Part shown: one piece after another, positions 1 to 9,837 of the stretch
Layout of the letters: every line of letters starts with the position of its first letter
How positions within the stretch are numbered: position 1 is the first letter of the stretch
DNA from: Candidatus Spongiisociaceae bacterium
Lineage (GTDB): Bacteria; Actinomycetota; Acidimicrobiia; Spongiisociales; Spongiisociaceae
DNA length: 64,000 nt
NCBI GenBank assembly: GCA_965219685.1
Contig: CBDCOH010000002.1
Coordinates: forward strand, 3,232,001-3,296,000
Direction of reading: 5' to 3'
Position numbers and translations under genes: made by a program
The notes under the pieces: generated by a model
Told to the model about the DNA's origin: nothing
What the model saw: the letters and a program-made list of their open reading frames with translations, nothing else
The model's database searches: none

Positions 1-1090
1 AACCCGACGGGATGCCGGCGACGGCCCCGGAGCTCGCGCTCCGGTACGCGGCGCTCAGTATCTCGACGGTCCTCGCGCCCACATCGGCGGGAGACCGGTT
101 CTCCGCCTGCTTGCCGAGGGTCAGGTCGACCAGCACGCTGGGTGGATCGTCGCATCCGTAGAGACCGGCCCGGGGCGGGAGACCGACCTTCACATCCGTC
201 CCGTCGTCGCGGAACAGCCACAGGAAGTCCCGTTCCAGGTCGGCCACGAGATGGCCTTCAGTCCCGTAGACCCGGACCTGGAGCTGGTGCCTGGGCCACG
301 GCGCGTCCTCCTGATCGACCGCACTCCCTCCGGGCGGCGACGAAGCGCCGGAGATCGAAGCCGTCGCACCGGAGCGGAACCGCACGCTGATCGCGTCGTG
401 GAGGTCGACTGCGGCCCCCTCGTTGTTCATGAAGGCGAAGACCTGGGAGGCGCGCTGGCCGGTGAGCCACAGCGCCAGCCCGAGGGCGTGACTCAGCGCC
501 GCCGGGGCATACCCTCCGCCGGACAGCCGGGGATCGACCCAGGTCTCCCGCGCCGGCCGGAAGAAGGCGTCCTGGCCCCGGTAGCTTCCAGTGCCGTGTA
601 GAAGCCCGCGCAGGCCAGAGGCCATGGCAACCAGGACGTGCTGGACAGCTCCTACGCCCGGATCGTCCAGCAGCCGCCTTGCTTCGACGGCGGTGGGACT
701 GTAATTCCAGCCGAGGGCGAGCAGCAGGTGAAGACCCCCCTCCGAAGCGAGCTTATGGAGTTCCCAGGCATGTTCGGGCTCCGTCGTGAACGGCTTCTCG
801 CACAGGACATGAGCGCCCGCCTCCAGGGACGCCTTGACGTGCTCGTAGTGAAGGCCCGCGGGGCTGGAAACCACCACCGCGTCCAGATCCTGTTCCAGCG
901 CGTCCCGGTAGTCGTCGCTGACATGGCTGAACCCGAACCTGTCACGGAGAAGGTCCAGCGCCTTCCGGTTGGTGCGGACCGCGCTCACCAGTTCGACGTC
1001 GTCCCGGGCCGCCAGGATCGGGATGTGGTTGGCGATCGCCCAGGATCCGGCGCCGATGACCCCGACCCGAGCCCGCCTACCCGACTCCAT
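1..1090 (-). CDS. Gfo/Idh/MocA family NAD(P)-dependent oxidoreductase (3' end runs off the window)
   Basis: Manual translation from ATG at 1090 after GGAGG RBS: MESGRRARVGVIGAGSWAIANHIP...VLCEKPF...; frame open to position 1, so absent from ORF track. Confidence 0.85.
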   Translation of the reverse strand, partial: MESGRRARVGVIGAGSWAIANHIPILAARDDVELVSAVRTNRKALDLLRDRFGFSHVSDDYRDALEQDLDAVVVSSPAGLHYEHVKASLEAGAHVLCEKPFTTEPEHAWELHKLASEGGLHLLLALGWNYSPTAVEARRLLDDPGVGAVQHVLVAMASGLRGLLHGTGSYRGQDAFFRPARETWVDPRLSGGGYAPAALSHALGLALWLTGQRASQVFAFMNNEGAAVDLHDAISVRFRSGATASISGASSPPGGSAVDQEDAPWPRHQLQVRVYGTEGHLVADLERDFLWLFRDDGTDVKVGLPPRAGLYGCDDPPSVLVDLTLGKQAENRSPADVGARTVEILSAAYRSASSGAVAGIPSG

Positions 1091-1097
1091 CCTCCAG

Positions 1098-1601
1098 CTA
1101 GCCGTAGGGGTTGACGTACGGGCTCTCGACCTCGAACGGTCTCCCGCCCTCGGCGAATTGGATCAGCTCGATCGAGATGTCGTCCGGGTCGCGCAGGTAG
1201 CAGGTGAGAGCGCCCTCGTACCTCCCCCAGGCGCAGCGGACCGGCTCGGCCGAGACGAACACCGCATGGTCCCGCATCCGCTCGTAGTCCCGGTAGATGT
1301 CCTTGGTCTCCAGGCAGAGATGGGTGTTCCCGGCGTTGTAGGTGGCCATGTCCACCCGGCCGGGCGGTGGGTTGTGGTACTGGAGCATCTCGAGCACCGA
1401 ACCGCCCGGCAATGCCCAGAACGCCCCCGACATGTCGCAGTTGGGGTACCCGACGATCTTGCCGACGTAGTCCTCGACGTCGGCGGCTATCCAGGTGCCC
1501 TGCATGAACGGCTCCTTCTCGAGGAACCGGGTCCACCAGGGAACAGACACCTCGAGATCGCTCACCGCCACCCCGATGTGGTCGATCGAAAGAAAACTCA
1601 T
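1098..1601 (-). CDS. VOC/glyoxalase family protein
   Basis: IDHIGVAVSDLE, LEMLQY, HLCLET, YLRDPDDISIELIQ motifs. Confidence 0.85.
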   Translation of the reverse strand: MSFLSIDHIGVAVSDLEVSVPWWTRFLEKEPFMQGTWIAADVEDYVGKIVGYPNCDMSGAFWALPGGSVLEMLQYHNPPPGRVDMATYNAGNTHLCLETKDIYRDYERMRDHAVFVSAEPVRCAWGRYEGALTCYLRDPDDISIELIQFAEGGRPFEVESPYVNPYG

Positions 1602-1778
1602 CGGTCTACCTCCCTGGTAGTCGAGCCCACCACCGTGGGGTGACGGCCCTCACCATCGGCCCGTACGTCGTTAAGTTAGTGATGCTCGGCAGGTGCTGCA
1701 GGCTCCGGCGTACCATCTGAGTTGATCCGGTCACGAGACCGTTACGCAAACACGCACCGGAACCGAGGAGGCCCAGGT

Positions 1779-3821
1779 ATGCCCCGCTTCGACCGCTCAG
1801 ACGTACCGCAGGCCGACCTGGAGTTCGTGGTGATCGCCGATACCCATCACCTGGTGGATCCGGGCATGTACTCCACCAAAGGAGATTCTGTGACACCGGA
1901 GATCGTGCGCGAGTGGTCGGACCGGGGCGACTGGGCCCTGGCACTGGCCAAGGCGACCGAGCCCGCCCTGGTCTTCCACGTGGGCGATCTGGCCCAGGAG
2001 TACCCCGGCTCCCGGTTCTTCGACACGGGACGGCAGGCGGCGGTGGCCCAGTTCGAGGAGTCGGGCCTGGCGGTCAACTTCGCGGCCGGCAACATGGACA
2101 TCGGCGACAAGCCCGACCCGACGGTGCCCGCCGGATGGGTGGAGCCGGGCTTCCTGAAGCGATGGGACGAGGACTTCGGCACGTCGTTCTACAGCCGGAC
2201 CGCAGGCGACACGCACTTCGTAGTCCTCAACTCCCAGATCATGAACACCACCCTTCCGGAGGCCATCGAGCAGCTCGAGTGGGTGGAGGCCGACCTCGCC
2301 GCCCACGCGTCGTACCGGATCTTCATTTTCATGCACCTTCCCCCCTACCTGGTCGACGAGGACGAGCCGGGCCTGGGTAGCTACGACGTGCTCGACGACC
2401 CCGACCGGACCTGGCTGCTGGACCTGTGCAGACGCTACGGCGTGGAGGCCCTGTTCAGCGGGCACACCCACTTCCAGGTGTTCAACCGGGCCGGCGACAC
2501 ACGCCTGTACACTCTCCCCTCGACGACCACCACCCGGCCGGGTTTCTACGAGGCCTTCAACGTTCGCCCCGCCGATCGGGGATGGATCGATACCACCAAA
2601 CTCGGCTTCTTCCTGGTGAGGGTGACCGGCCGGGGAACCTCGGTGCACCTGATCAGGACCAGCGGCGAGACCCACGCCGACCACCCTTCCGGAAGCCGCA
2701 TCCTGAGCGGCACGATCGTCGACCTGCCGGATTCTCCGGTGGCCGCCTATCTACGCCTTCCCATCACCAACAAGAGCGACGGGGCGATCTCCTACCCCAA
2801 CCACGTGCGGCATCGGATCCGCGACGACTACCCCCTGCTTTCCTGCGTCGAGGCGGGTATCCGCCACGTGCGGTTCCCGATCCACGACCTCGACGTGGAT
2901 CTGCAGGCCGACCGACTCGCCATCCTGCGGAGCGAGGGCGTGCAGTTGACCGCGACCGTCCTCTGTCCCCAGCCGGGTGACATAGCGGCCGCGACCGGGA
3001 AGGCCTCCGAGGCAGACTTCATCGAGGTCCAGTTGACGAACCGCTTCTTCCCCGACGCCGAGGATCTGGCGGCCCTGGCGGAACTGCGGGCGGGGGGCGC
3101 GAGCGTCTCCGTGGCCCCGCTGGCGCTGGAGGACACCGGCAAGGTCCATCGTCGGAGCAGGACCGGCTACCGGCCCCGGGAGCTTCCCCGCCTCGACGGG
3201 TTGCTGGCCGACCATGACCTTCGCATCGACCGGGCGGTCTGCATGGTCGACGGCTCGGAGTCCGTGTGGAGCGACATCCGGACCTTCGACGGGGAACTCC
3301 GCGCTATCGGAGGTCTCGACTTCCTGGTGCCACTGGACGCCGACGACGATGCCAATGCCTTGGCGGTGGCAGAGGCGCTCTTCGCCGCCGCCACGATGCC
3401 CGGCTGCCGGATGTACCTCGATCCGCTGCAGGATCTCGACCGGGTGACCAAGGTGGTGCACGGACTGCTCGACCGGTTGTCGAACCCGCGCCCGGCCTTC
3501 CATGTGACCAGGGTGCTGAACACGGTGCTTTTCGGCGAAGGACGGCAACCGGGCAGCTACAGACCAGCGGATCCGGGTCGGTTCCGTGACAGCCCGAACC
3601 TACGGGCCATTGCCGACCGGAGATCCGAGTTGTGGCTGGTGCCGGAGGATGGGAAGGCCGAAGCAGCCGAGGCACTCCGCCATACGGCCGGAGGGTACGA
3701 AACCCTCAGGCTGATCGATCCGGTAGCCGCCGTGTCCTGGCAGGACTCGGCCAGCCAGATCGCCGACCTGCTGGCCTCCCCCACCAGCGGCCCGCTACCC
3801 GTGGTTCAGATCTCCCAGTAG
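1779..3821 (+). CDS. Calcineurin-like metallophosphoesterase with long unassigned C-terminal domain
   Basis: ADTH, HVGD, GNMD, FMH, SGHTH motifs; GAGGAGG RBS before ATG 1779. Confidence 0.75.
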   Translation: MPRFDRSDVPQADLEFVVIADTHHLVDPGMYSTKGDSVTPEIVREWSDRGDWALALAKATEPALVFHVGDLAQEYPGSRFFDTGRQAAVAQFEESGLAVNFAAGNMDIGDKPDPTVPAGWVEPGFLKRWDEDFGTSFYSRTAGDTHFVVLNSQIMNTTLPEAIEQLEWVEADLAAHASYRIFIFMHLPPYLVDEDEPGLGSYDVLDDPDRTWLLDLCRRYGVEALFSGHTHFQVFNRAGDTRLYTLPSTTTTRPGFYEAFNVRPADRGWIDTTKLGFFLVRVTGRGTSVHLIRTSGETHADHPSGSRILSGTIVDLPDSPVAAYLRLPITNKSDGAISYPNHVRHRIRDDYPLLSCVEAGIRHVRFPIHDLDVDLQADRLAILRSEGVQLTATVLCPQPGDIAAATGKASEADFIEVQLTNRFFPDAEDLAALAELRAGGASVSVAPLALEDTGKVHRRSRTGYRPRELPRLDGLLADHDLRIDRAVCMVDGSESVWSDIRTFDGELRAIGGLDFLVPLDADDDANALAVAEALFAAATMPGCRMYLDPLQDLDRVTKVVHGLLDRLSNPRPAFHVTRVLNTVLFGEGRQPGSYRPADPGRFRDSPNLRAIADRRSELWLVPEDGKAEAAEALRHTAGGYETLRLIDPVAAVSWQDSASQIADLLASPTSGPLPVVQISQ

Positions 3822-3952
3822 TAGTACACCCGGTGGGGCTCAACCCTGCCTTGAGTCATGCATGACCTGTCAGCGTCGTGCTGAGTATAAAGGTGAATAC
3901 AAAGACATACTACGTATGGCTACAATGCGACTTGGATGTCTTGGGAGTCGAC

Positions 3953-4207
3953 ATGATTGAACCCACCGCTACTGCGAAGGGGCGAACCACCGTGCCGGAG
4001 GCTGTGCACCAAGTCCTCTCGTTACAGGCCGGAGCCGTTTCCCCTACATCACCCGGGGATGGGCAGGTCTGCCTGTTCGGGGTACGTCCCATCAACCGGT
4101 TGTACGGCGTGCTACGCCATCATGGCCCGGTAGCGACACTCGACGACCTGGAAGACTCCATCGCGAAGGGAGCGGTAGGGGCCTACTCGAGATCAACAGG
4201 AAGGTAA
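3953..4207 (+). pseudogene. Degenerate AbrB/MazE-type antitoxin without recognisable toxin
   Basis: TAKGRTTVPEAV..LSLQAG and VRPINRLYGVL..TLDDLEDSIAKGA resemble AbrB-type antitoxins; AT-rich upstream region. Confidence 0.5.
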
Positions 4208-4369
4208 TCGTGCGCTCCGCCGTCCTAGACGGACGACTGGATCCAAAGTGTTGCTGGAAAGCGTTGGCGGCGCGAAACGCCAGACCTTCTTGTCGCCGCT
4301 GCATTGCCTCACCGCCCGCATTGGCAGGATGGGGGAGCCACTCCGGTTAGTACCAGCCTGCCGTGTCCA

Positions 4370-4410
4370 CCACCAGCCACCAGCCACCAGCCACCAGCCA
4401 CCAGCCACTA
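4370..4410. repeat. Heptamer tandem repeat (CCACCAG)x5 plus partial unit
   Basis: Read directly; abuts the SDR stop codon. Confidence 0.95.
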
Positions 4411-5178
4411 TCAATACATGAGGGCACCGCCCGTGACGCTGATCGCGGCGCCGCTTATGTAGCTCGCGTGATCCGAGGCCAGGAAGACCACCACCGACGC
4501 CACCTCGGCCGGTTGCCCCAGACGGCCCAAAGGGCAGGCGGCCACCCCGGCCGCAACGACTTCCTCGGTGTTGTCGGTGTGCTGCATGGCAGTGTCGATG
4601 GGGCCGGGTAGGAGAGTGTTGACGGTTATCCCGTAGGGCCCGTACCAGCGGGCGAAGTCGCGGCTCATGGATACCACCCCTCCCTTGGCCGCCACGTAGG
4701 CATGGGCGCCCAGCCTGGTGCCCCTGATGAAGCCGGGTGACGAGAAGTTGACGATCCTCCCGCCCCGCCCCGCCCCGACGAGAGCCTGACCGAAGGCTCT
4801 GCACAGGAAGAATCCCGCCTTGAGGTCCACATCCAGCTGGAGATCCCATTCCTCCTCGCCCACCTCGTCGAGCGGCTGCCTCTTCAGGGTGCCCGCCACA
4901 TGGGCAAGAGCCCACAGGTCGCCGAGGAACTCGGATGCCTCGTCCACCAATCCGACAAGCCCTGCTATGTCGCGGAGGTCGTAACGCCTCGCCCGATGCC
5001 GGGAGGGGCGCGCTAATCCGGCAACCGTGCTGCTCAGAGATTCCCCCTTGACATCGACCGCGAACACCCGTGCCCCCGCATCGGCGAAGGCTTCGGCAGT
5101 CGCCTTCCCGATGCCCTGCGCGGCGCCGGTGACGATCACCCCCCTGCCTTCGAGGCCCGCGCCCGGATTCCAGACGAT
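4411..5178 (-). CDS. SDR family oxidoreductase (start uncertain: GTG 5139 or ATC 5178)
   Basis: TGAAQGIG, YVAAKGG, PGPIDT, VTGG motifs; in-frame WNPGAGLEGRG upstream of 5139. Confidence 0.9.
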   Translation of the reverse strand: MVWNPGAGLEGRGVIVTGAAQGIGKATAEAFADAGARVFAVDVKGESLSSTVAGLARPSRHRARRYDLRDIAGLVGLVDEASEFLGDLWALAHVAGTLKRQPLDEVGEEEWDLQLDVDLKAGFFLCRAFGQALVGAGRGGRIVNFSSPGFIRGTRLGAHAYVAAKGGVVSMSRDFARWYGPYGITVNTLLPGPIDTAMQHTDNTEEVVAAGVAACPLGRLGQPAEVASVVVFLASDHASYISGAAISVTGGALMY

Positions 5179-5373
5179 GGTGACATCCCTTCCCGGTCCT
5201 GAGCATCCCTTTGGACCGACCCCCGAATCTTATTCCAGCACGGACCGGCGCAGCGGGAGCTCGAGTGTGAAATGCAAGTCGAAGACGAGCGGTCCCTCGA
5301 TGAATCCGGTACCCCGACGGTCGGAGAGCAGGAATGCGTTGACTTCGACCGCGGTGGTTTAGGGCCGAGCTTC

Positions 5374-6372
5374 CTACGGATCGAGGCCCAGGAGTCTCTC
5401 GGGATTGGTCCTGACCATCTTGCGGATGTCCTCGGCCGGCAGGCCCAGGTCCAGAAGGCAGGCGATGAACTCGCGCATGCCTTCGACCGGCGCCGGCAAC
5501 GTGTAACCACCGAAGTCTGTCGCCAGGATGCAGTGATCGGTTCCCACCTGCCGGATCTGTTCGGCGGCCTTCCTGATGCCACCACTCGCCTCACCCGTCA
5601 TCTCCTCGTCCGCCGCGTATTCCAACTCGACGTAATAGTGGGTCTTGGGATCGACGTGGTGTGCGTGTGGGCGCCCAGGGTGTACTCGATGAAGGCGCCC
5701 CTCCGGGCCATGTACCGGAGTTGGTCTGTCGAGGCGACCTGGGTGACGGCGGCGGCTACCAGCACCTTGCCGATCCCGTACTCGTGGGCTAGTTCGACCA
5801 GGCGGATGGCCTCATCGGGCGAGACGTGGCCCGTGTTCAGGAAGACATGGGGATGGTCCGCGATCAAGCTCAGGATCTCGTCCAGTTCAGGCCCCACCGG
5901 CCCTTCCACGGGGATCCGGATGGCCCGATCCACCTCCTCCCTCCTGAATCCCGGGTATAGGTCCTTCAGGGGCGTGAACTTCCCCTCCACGATCCGACCC
6001 TCCCTGGAGGCCTGGTAATAGGTGGAATGAGCGCCGAAGCTGATGAACCTGGCGCCATCCCCGTACCCGATCGCCGTCTTGACAGCCCGAGGGTTCAGAC
6101 CGCCGTACGCGGTATTGAGGATCAGACCTCCGTAGACGGTGAAGTCGCGAACAGCCCGGTTCACGATCCAGGCGAATCCCGTTCGTCATCTGGAAGACAT
6201 CCATCAGCACGATGGCCCGCATTCCGGCGTCCCGCGCTTCTGTGGCCGCCTCGATAGGGTCCAGCCGTCTCGGACTGCTGGGCAGGTGCGGCGTGGCGTG
6301 AACATGGATGTCGATGGCGCCTTCGAGTAGCTGCCGGGTCAACTCGAAGGAACGGTTCTCGGGTAGCAGCAT
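5374..6372 (-). pseudogene. Amidohydrolase-like (DUF6282-type) gene split by two 1-nt frameshifts (real or sequencing error)
   Basis: IDIHVH in first frame, GGLILN..GGLNP and NTGH in second, LATDFG..NPERLL in third; shifts near 6176 and 5648. Confidence 0.75.
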
Positions 6373-6388
6373 GCAGTTCGGCCGCGGG

Positions 6389-6820
6389 CTAGACCATCGT
6401 ATCGCCACCCCGTGTCCGGCCGGGCTGGTTGACCAGATGGGTGGCGGCGTTATCGAAGTGGTCGAACATGACTGCCCGGATCCCGGCCGGAAGGGGGAGG
6501 CCGGTGCCGTCGGCGAGGGTTGTCGCATCAAGAGAAGCTGTCATGTGCGCCATCCAAGCGTCTCTCTCGGCCCGGCCGATGGGAAAGTGCATGTGGCGCA
6601 TCCGCAGGCGGGGATGGCCCCGCTCCTCGCTGTAACGAGGCGGCCCACCCCAGTACTGGGCCAGGAAACCCGCCAGCCGCTCCCTGGATCCCCGCAGGTC
6701 GCTCGGATACATGGGCCGAAGCAGCGGGTCTTCTTCCACGGCGTTATAGAAACGGTCGACGAGATCGTCGAAGAACCGCTGTCCACCCACCGCCTCGTAC
6801 ACGGTTGGCGGAGCCTTCAT
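6389..6820 (-). CDS. glbO: Group II truncated hemoglobin
   Basis: YEAVGG, LRPMYP, FLAQYWGGP..YSEERGHPRLRMRH, ERDAW motifs. Confidence 0.9.
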   Translation of the reverse strand: MKAPPTVYEAVGGQRFFDDLVDRFYNAVEEDPLLRPMYPSDLRGSRERLAGFLAQYWGGPPRYSEERGHPRLRMRHMHFPIGRAERDAWMAHMTASLDATTLADGTGLPLPAGIRAVMFDHFDNAATHLVNQPGRTRGGDTMV

Positions 6821-6958
6821 CGTCTCTCGAAGCGACCCGCGCAGGATCACCCTCGCCAGCTGACCACTGTCACCGACCACGTTGTCCGGCACGCTCACCT
6901 GCCCAGCCTAGGAGGGTGCCGAAAGACAACCTAACGGGACCTCTGGCCACCGTCTTAG

Positions 6959-8624
6959 CCTGAATCCACCGATGGGCGGCCGTGTCGGTCGGTGGGTCGG
7001 TGGTCGGGGGTTAGTGATAGGGGTGATGTTCGGGGTTTAGGTTGTTGGTAGGGGCATTTTAGTGGTTTGTGGGGTAAGTGGCGGGTGTAGGAGGGACGGT
7101 TAGGAGCGTTCCGGGCGTGTGTGGCTGGGGTTTGGGTGGTTGGTTCCGTTTGCGGGGGCCTGTTGGGTGGGTTCAGCAGCGCTGGGGCAGCGTCCGGAGG
7201 TTAGCGAGGGTGGTCTGGTAGGTGTGCGCCCAGGGCCATCGGGCGGGTAGTCGCAGTATGGGGCGTCCGCTGTGGTTGACCACCCGTGCGGGAATCCCGA
7301 AGATGCGGGTGCGGATGGTGCGTCCACGGATCAGCCGCCCGGCCGGCTGTGTTCGTCCCAAGATGGCTATCCAGCGGTAGAGGTTATGCGCTAGAGCGGC
7401 GCAGAGAAGCCAGGCTTGGTTGGCGGCGAACCGTCCCGATGGTAGGTGAGCGAGACCCCCGGAGTCTTTGAGGTCGCGGATGGCGAGTTCGCAGACCGCA
7501 TGGTGTCGGTGGTGGCGGTCCGCTTGTGGGGCAGGCGCATGCGAGTTGGTCACGAACGCGTGGTAACGCCAGTCGGGCCAGAACTCTTGCTGGGCGCCGG
7601 TGAGGCGGGTGCGGCGCACCACGAGGCGTACTCGGCGTTTCTGCTTACGTTTGCGGGGGTTGGTCATCTCAAGTGTGGTTTCCCCAACTTGTGCCCGGCC
7701 GCCTTCGGGATAGTCGATATCTGCCCAGTCGTCTTCGTCGATAGCCGCTATAGCGGCTAGGACATGGCGGAGTTGTGGGCAGGTGATCGACCAGCCCACC
7801 CCGAGGTGGTCCAAGGTTGCCAACATGGCATAGGACCAGAAGCCCGAATCGGCCCGAACCTCGATCCGTCCCCGAGCCCCGGCCCGTCGCGCGCACCGGA
7901 TCGTCTCCTGCGCGAAATGGGCCACACCCCGCCGCGATGCTCCGGCCCTTAGCCGGGCACCCACCGCCTCTCCTGTATCGGCCCGGAACGCCAACAGAGA
8001 GTGATAACCCAACTCTTTGGTGTACCCATAGGAGGCGCCCTCCTTGCCCCTGCCAGACACCCCACAGATCGTCGAGTCCAAATCCAAGGTCAGCGGTCTC
8101 TTCCCCGGGCCGGCACCCGCTGCCCACGCACGACCCAGCGCCACGCCCAAAACCTTGTTCAACTGGCGGGTGTGGCCCCAGGTAAACGACCGCAGGAAAG
8201 TGCCCACCGTCGAAGGTGCCATCACCTCATGGGACAACACCCGATGCGTCGACCCCGCCCGCAGCCGATCCACATGATCGATGTGAGAGCCCCCCACCAG
8301 CATCGCGGACACCAACGTCAAGGTCTTACGACCCGGCCGCGCGCCACCCACCCGACCATCCAAACGGACCACGTCATCCACCAACTCTTCCAACCCCAGA
8401 CGGCTCACCAACGTCGACGCCGCCAACAGACCCCCATCGGCCACCAACCCCTCATCGTCGAAAACCACCTCATACCGGTCAACATTGTGCGATACTCCAC
8501 CCACAGGAAGTGCCTCCCGATTCTGGACCTAAACCACTTTCGCTAACGGTTATTGTCCCAGATCAGAGGCACTTTCCACGTCTATACCACCCCCCAACCC
8601 AAACACCCACCCGGTGGATCCAGG
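6959..8624 (-). mobile_element. Complete IS1380-family insertion sequence
   Basis: TIRs CCTGAATCCACCG / CGGTGGATCCAGG (1 mismatch); 5-bp target duplication CTTAG at 6954-6958 and 8625-8629. Confidence 0.92.
7173..8504 (-). CDS. IS1380 family DDE transposase
   Basis: LDLDST, YGY..GYH, VRADSGF, CELAIRDLK, PSGRFAAN.AWL, LRLP..WPW motifs. Confidence 0.92.
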   Translation of the reverse strand: MGGVSHNVDRYEVVFDDEGLVADGGLLAASTLVSRLGLEELVDDVVRLDGRVGGARPGRKTLTLVSAMLVGGSHIDHVDRLRAGSTHRVLSHEVMAPSTVGTFLRSFTWGHTRQLNKVLGVALGRAWAAGAGPGKRPLTLDLDSTICGVSGRGKEGASYGYTKELGYHSLLAFRADTGEAVGARLRAGASRRGVAHFAQETIRCARRAGARGRIEVRADSGFWSYAMLATLDHLGVGWSITCPQLRHVLAAIAAIDEDDWADIDYPEGGRAQVGETTLEMTNPRKRKQKRRVRLVVRRTRLTGAQQEFWPDWRYHAFVTNSHAPAPQADRHHRHHAVCELAIRDLKDSGGLAHLPSGRFAANQAWLLCAALAHNLYRWIAILGRTQPAGRLIRGRTIRTRIFGIPARVVNHSGRPILRLPARWPWAHTYQTTLANLRTLPQRC

Positions 8625-8746
8625 CTTAGTGTCCCGTGTCTTTGGTCCGCTGTGTTAAAGGAGCGGTCGTGGTCCCACGTTCGGCATGCCCCACCGCTCA
8701 CGGCAACCGCGGGGACCGAGCCCTTCGCAACGAGGGGGGTTGTCAG

Positions 8747-8948
8747 TGTCACAGTCCCGTTGCATACTCGTAAGTAGCTGCAAACACCACCGGTCCGTCT
8801 GTGGTACCGATCGGACCGGGGCGGGGATCATGTTGTCGGAGCCGACCCTCGGCGGGGAATGGGGGGAGGCGTTCGTAAGCTTCGGAGGTGGCGGTCGGGG
8901 GTGGGCCCACCGGAGGGGTCCGGTCGGCGGTTTTTCGCGTTCTCGGTC
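8747..8948 (+). ncRNA. Dispersed structured intergenic element, copy 1 (candidate ncRNA with upstream promoter)
   Basis: Aligns by eye with 27081-27280 and 49106-49308: TGTCAC-N10-CATACT, CGGTCCG..GGTACCGA.CGGACC, GGAGGYGGCGG..GGGGGTGGG, TTTTCGCG. Confidence 0.55.
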
Positions 8949-9017
8949 TGCCGGGGTCGCCTGGCGCGGGTAGTCGGCGCGTTCCGGGTCCCTGTAACGA
9001 ATCCAGGGATCAGGACA

Positions 9018-9794
9018 CTAGGCGGTGGCGCCGGTGATGTGGGCGACCACTTCCTGGCGGGTCGTGTCGGCCTTCGGCAGATCGGCCACCAGCCGGCCCT
9101 GGCGGAGGATGAGAAGGCGGGTACAGATCGACCAGACATGTTCCATGTTGTGGGAGATGACGATCATCCCCATGTCGGTATCCGCGGACGAGACCATCGC
9201 CCCGATCATCTCGAGCACGGCGGCGGCCTCCTTGACGCCGAGGGCCGCGGTCGGCTCGTCCAGCAGCAGGAGCCGACCCCCCCAGAAGCCAGCCCGGGAA
9301 ATGGCCACCACCTGGCGCTGACCGCCGGACATGGTCTCGATGTCGGCGTCCAGATTCGGGAACCTCGCAGGAAGTGCCTCGACCGCGGCCCGGGCCCGCT
9401 TCCGCATCACCCTGCGGTTCAGGATCCCCAGCCTCCCGCGCCACCCGTCCCTGACCACTTCGCGGCCCAGGTAGAAATTGGCCGGGATGTCGAAGATGTC
9501 GACCAGGGCGAGCTGCTGGTACACGGTCTCGATGCCCTCGTCCCGGGCCTCCGCGGGAGTGGAGAACACTTTGCGGTCACCGTGCAGGTATACCTCGCCT
9601 GCGGTGGGGATGACCGCACCGGCCAGGCACTTCACGAGCGTGGACTTGCCCGCTCCGTTGTCGCCGAGGAGACCCACGATCTCGTCGCGGTCCAGGGAGA
9701 AGCTCACATCGTCCAGAGCGCGAATGGTCCCGTAGTGCTTGGACAGCCCCCTGATCTCCAGCAGTGGCGCGCCGGAAACGGTTGCGTACGTCAT
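9018..9794 (-). CDS. Sugar ABC transporter ATP-binding protein
   Basis: GDNGAGKST, MSGGQRQ, LLLDEPTAALG, ISH. Confidence 0.95.
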   Translation of the reverse strand: MTYATVSGAPLLEIRGLSKHYGTIRALDDVSFSLDRDEIVGLLGDNGAGKSTLVKCLAGAVIPTAGEVYLHGDRKVFSTPAEARDEGIETVYQQLALVDIFDIPANFYLGREVVRDGWRGRLGILNRRVMRKRARAAVEALPARFPNLDADIETMSGGQRQVVAISRAGFWGGRLLLLDEPTAALGVKEAAAVLEMIGAMVSSADTDMGMIVISHNMEHVWSICTRLLILRQGRLVADLPKADTTRQEVVAHITGATA

Positions 9795-9837
9795 CTCATT
9801 ACCCCGAGGCGCTGCGGGCGCACCTCTCCCCCGTACA

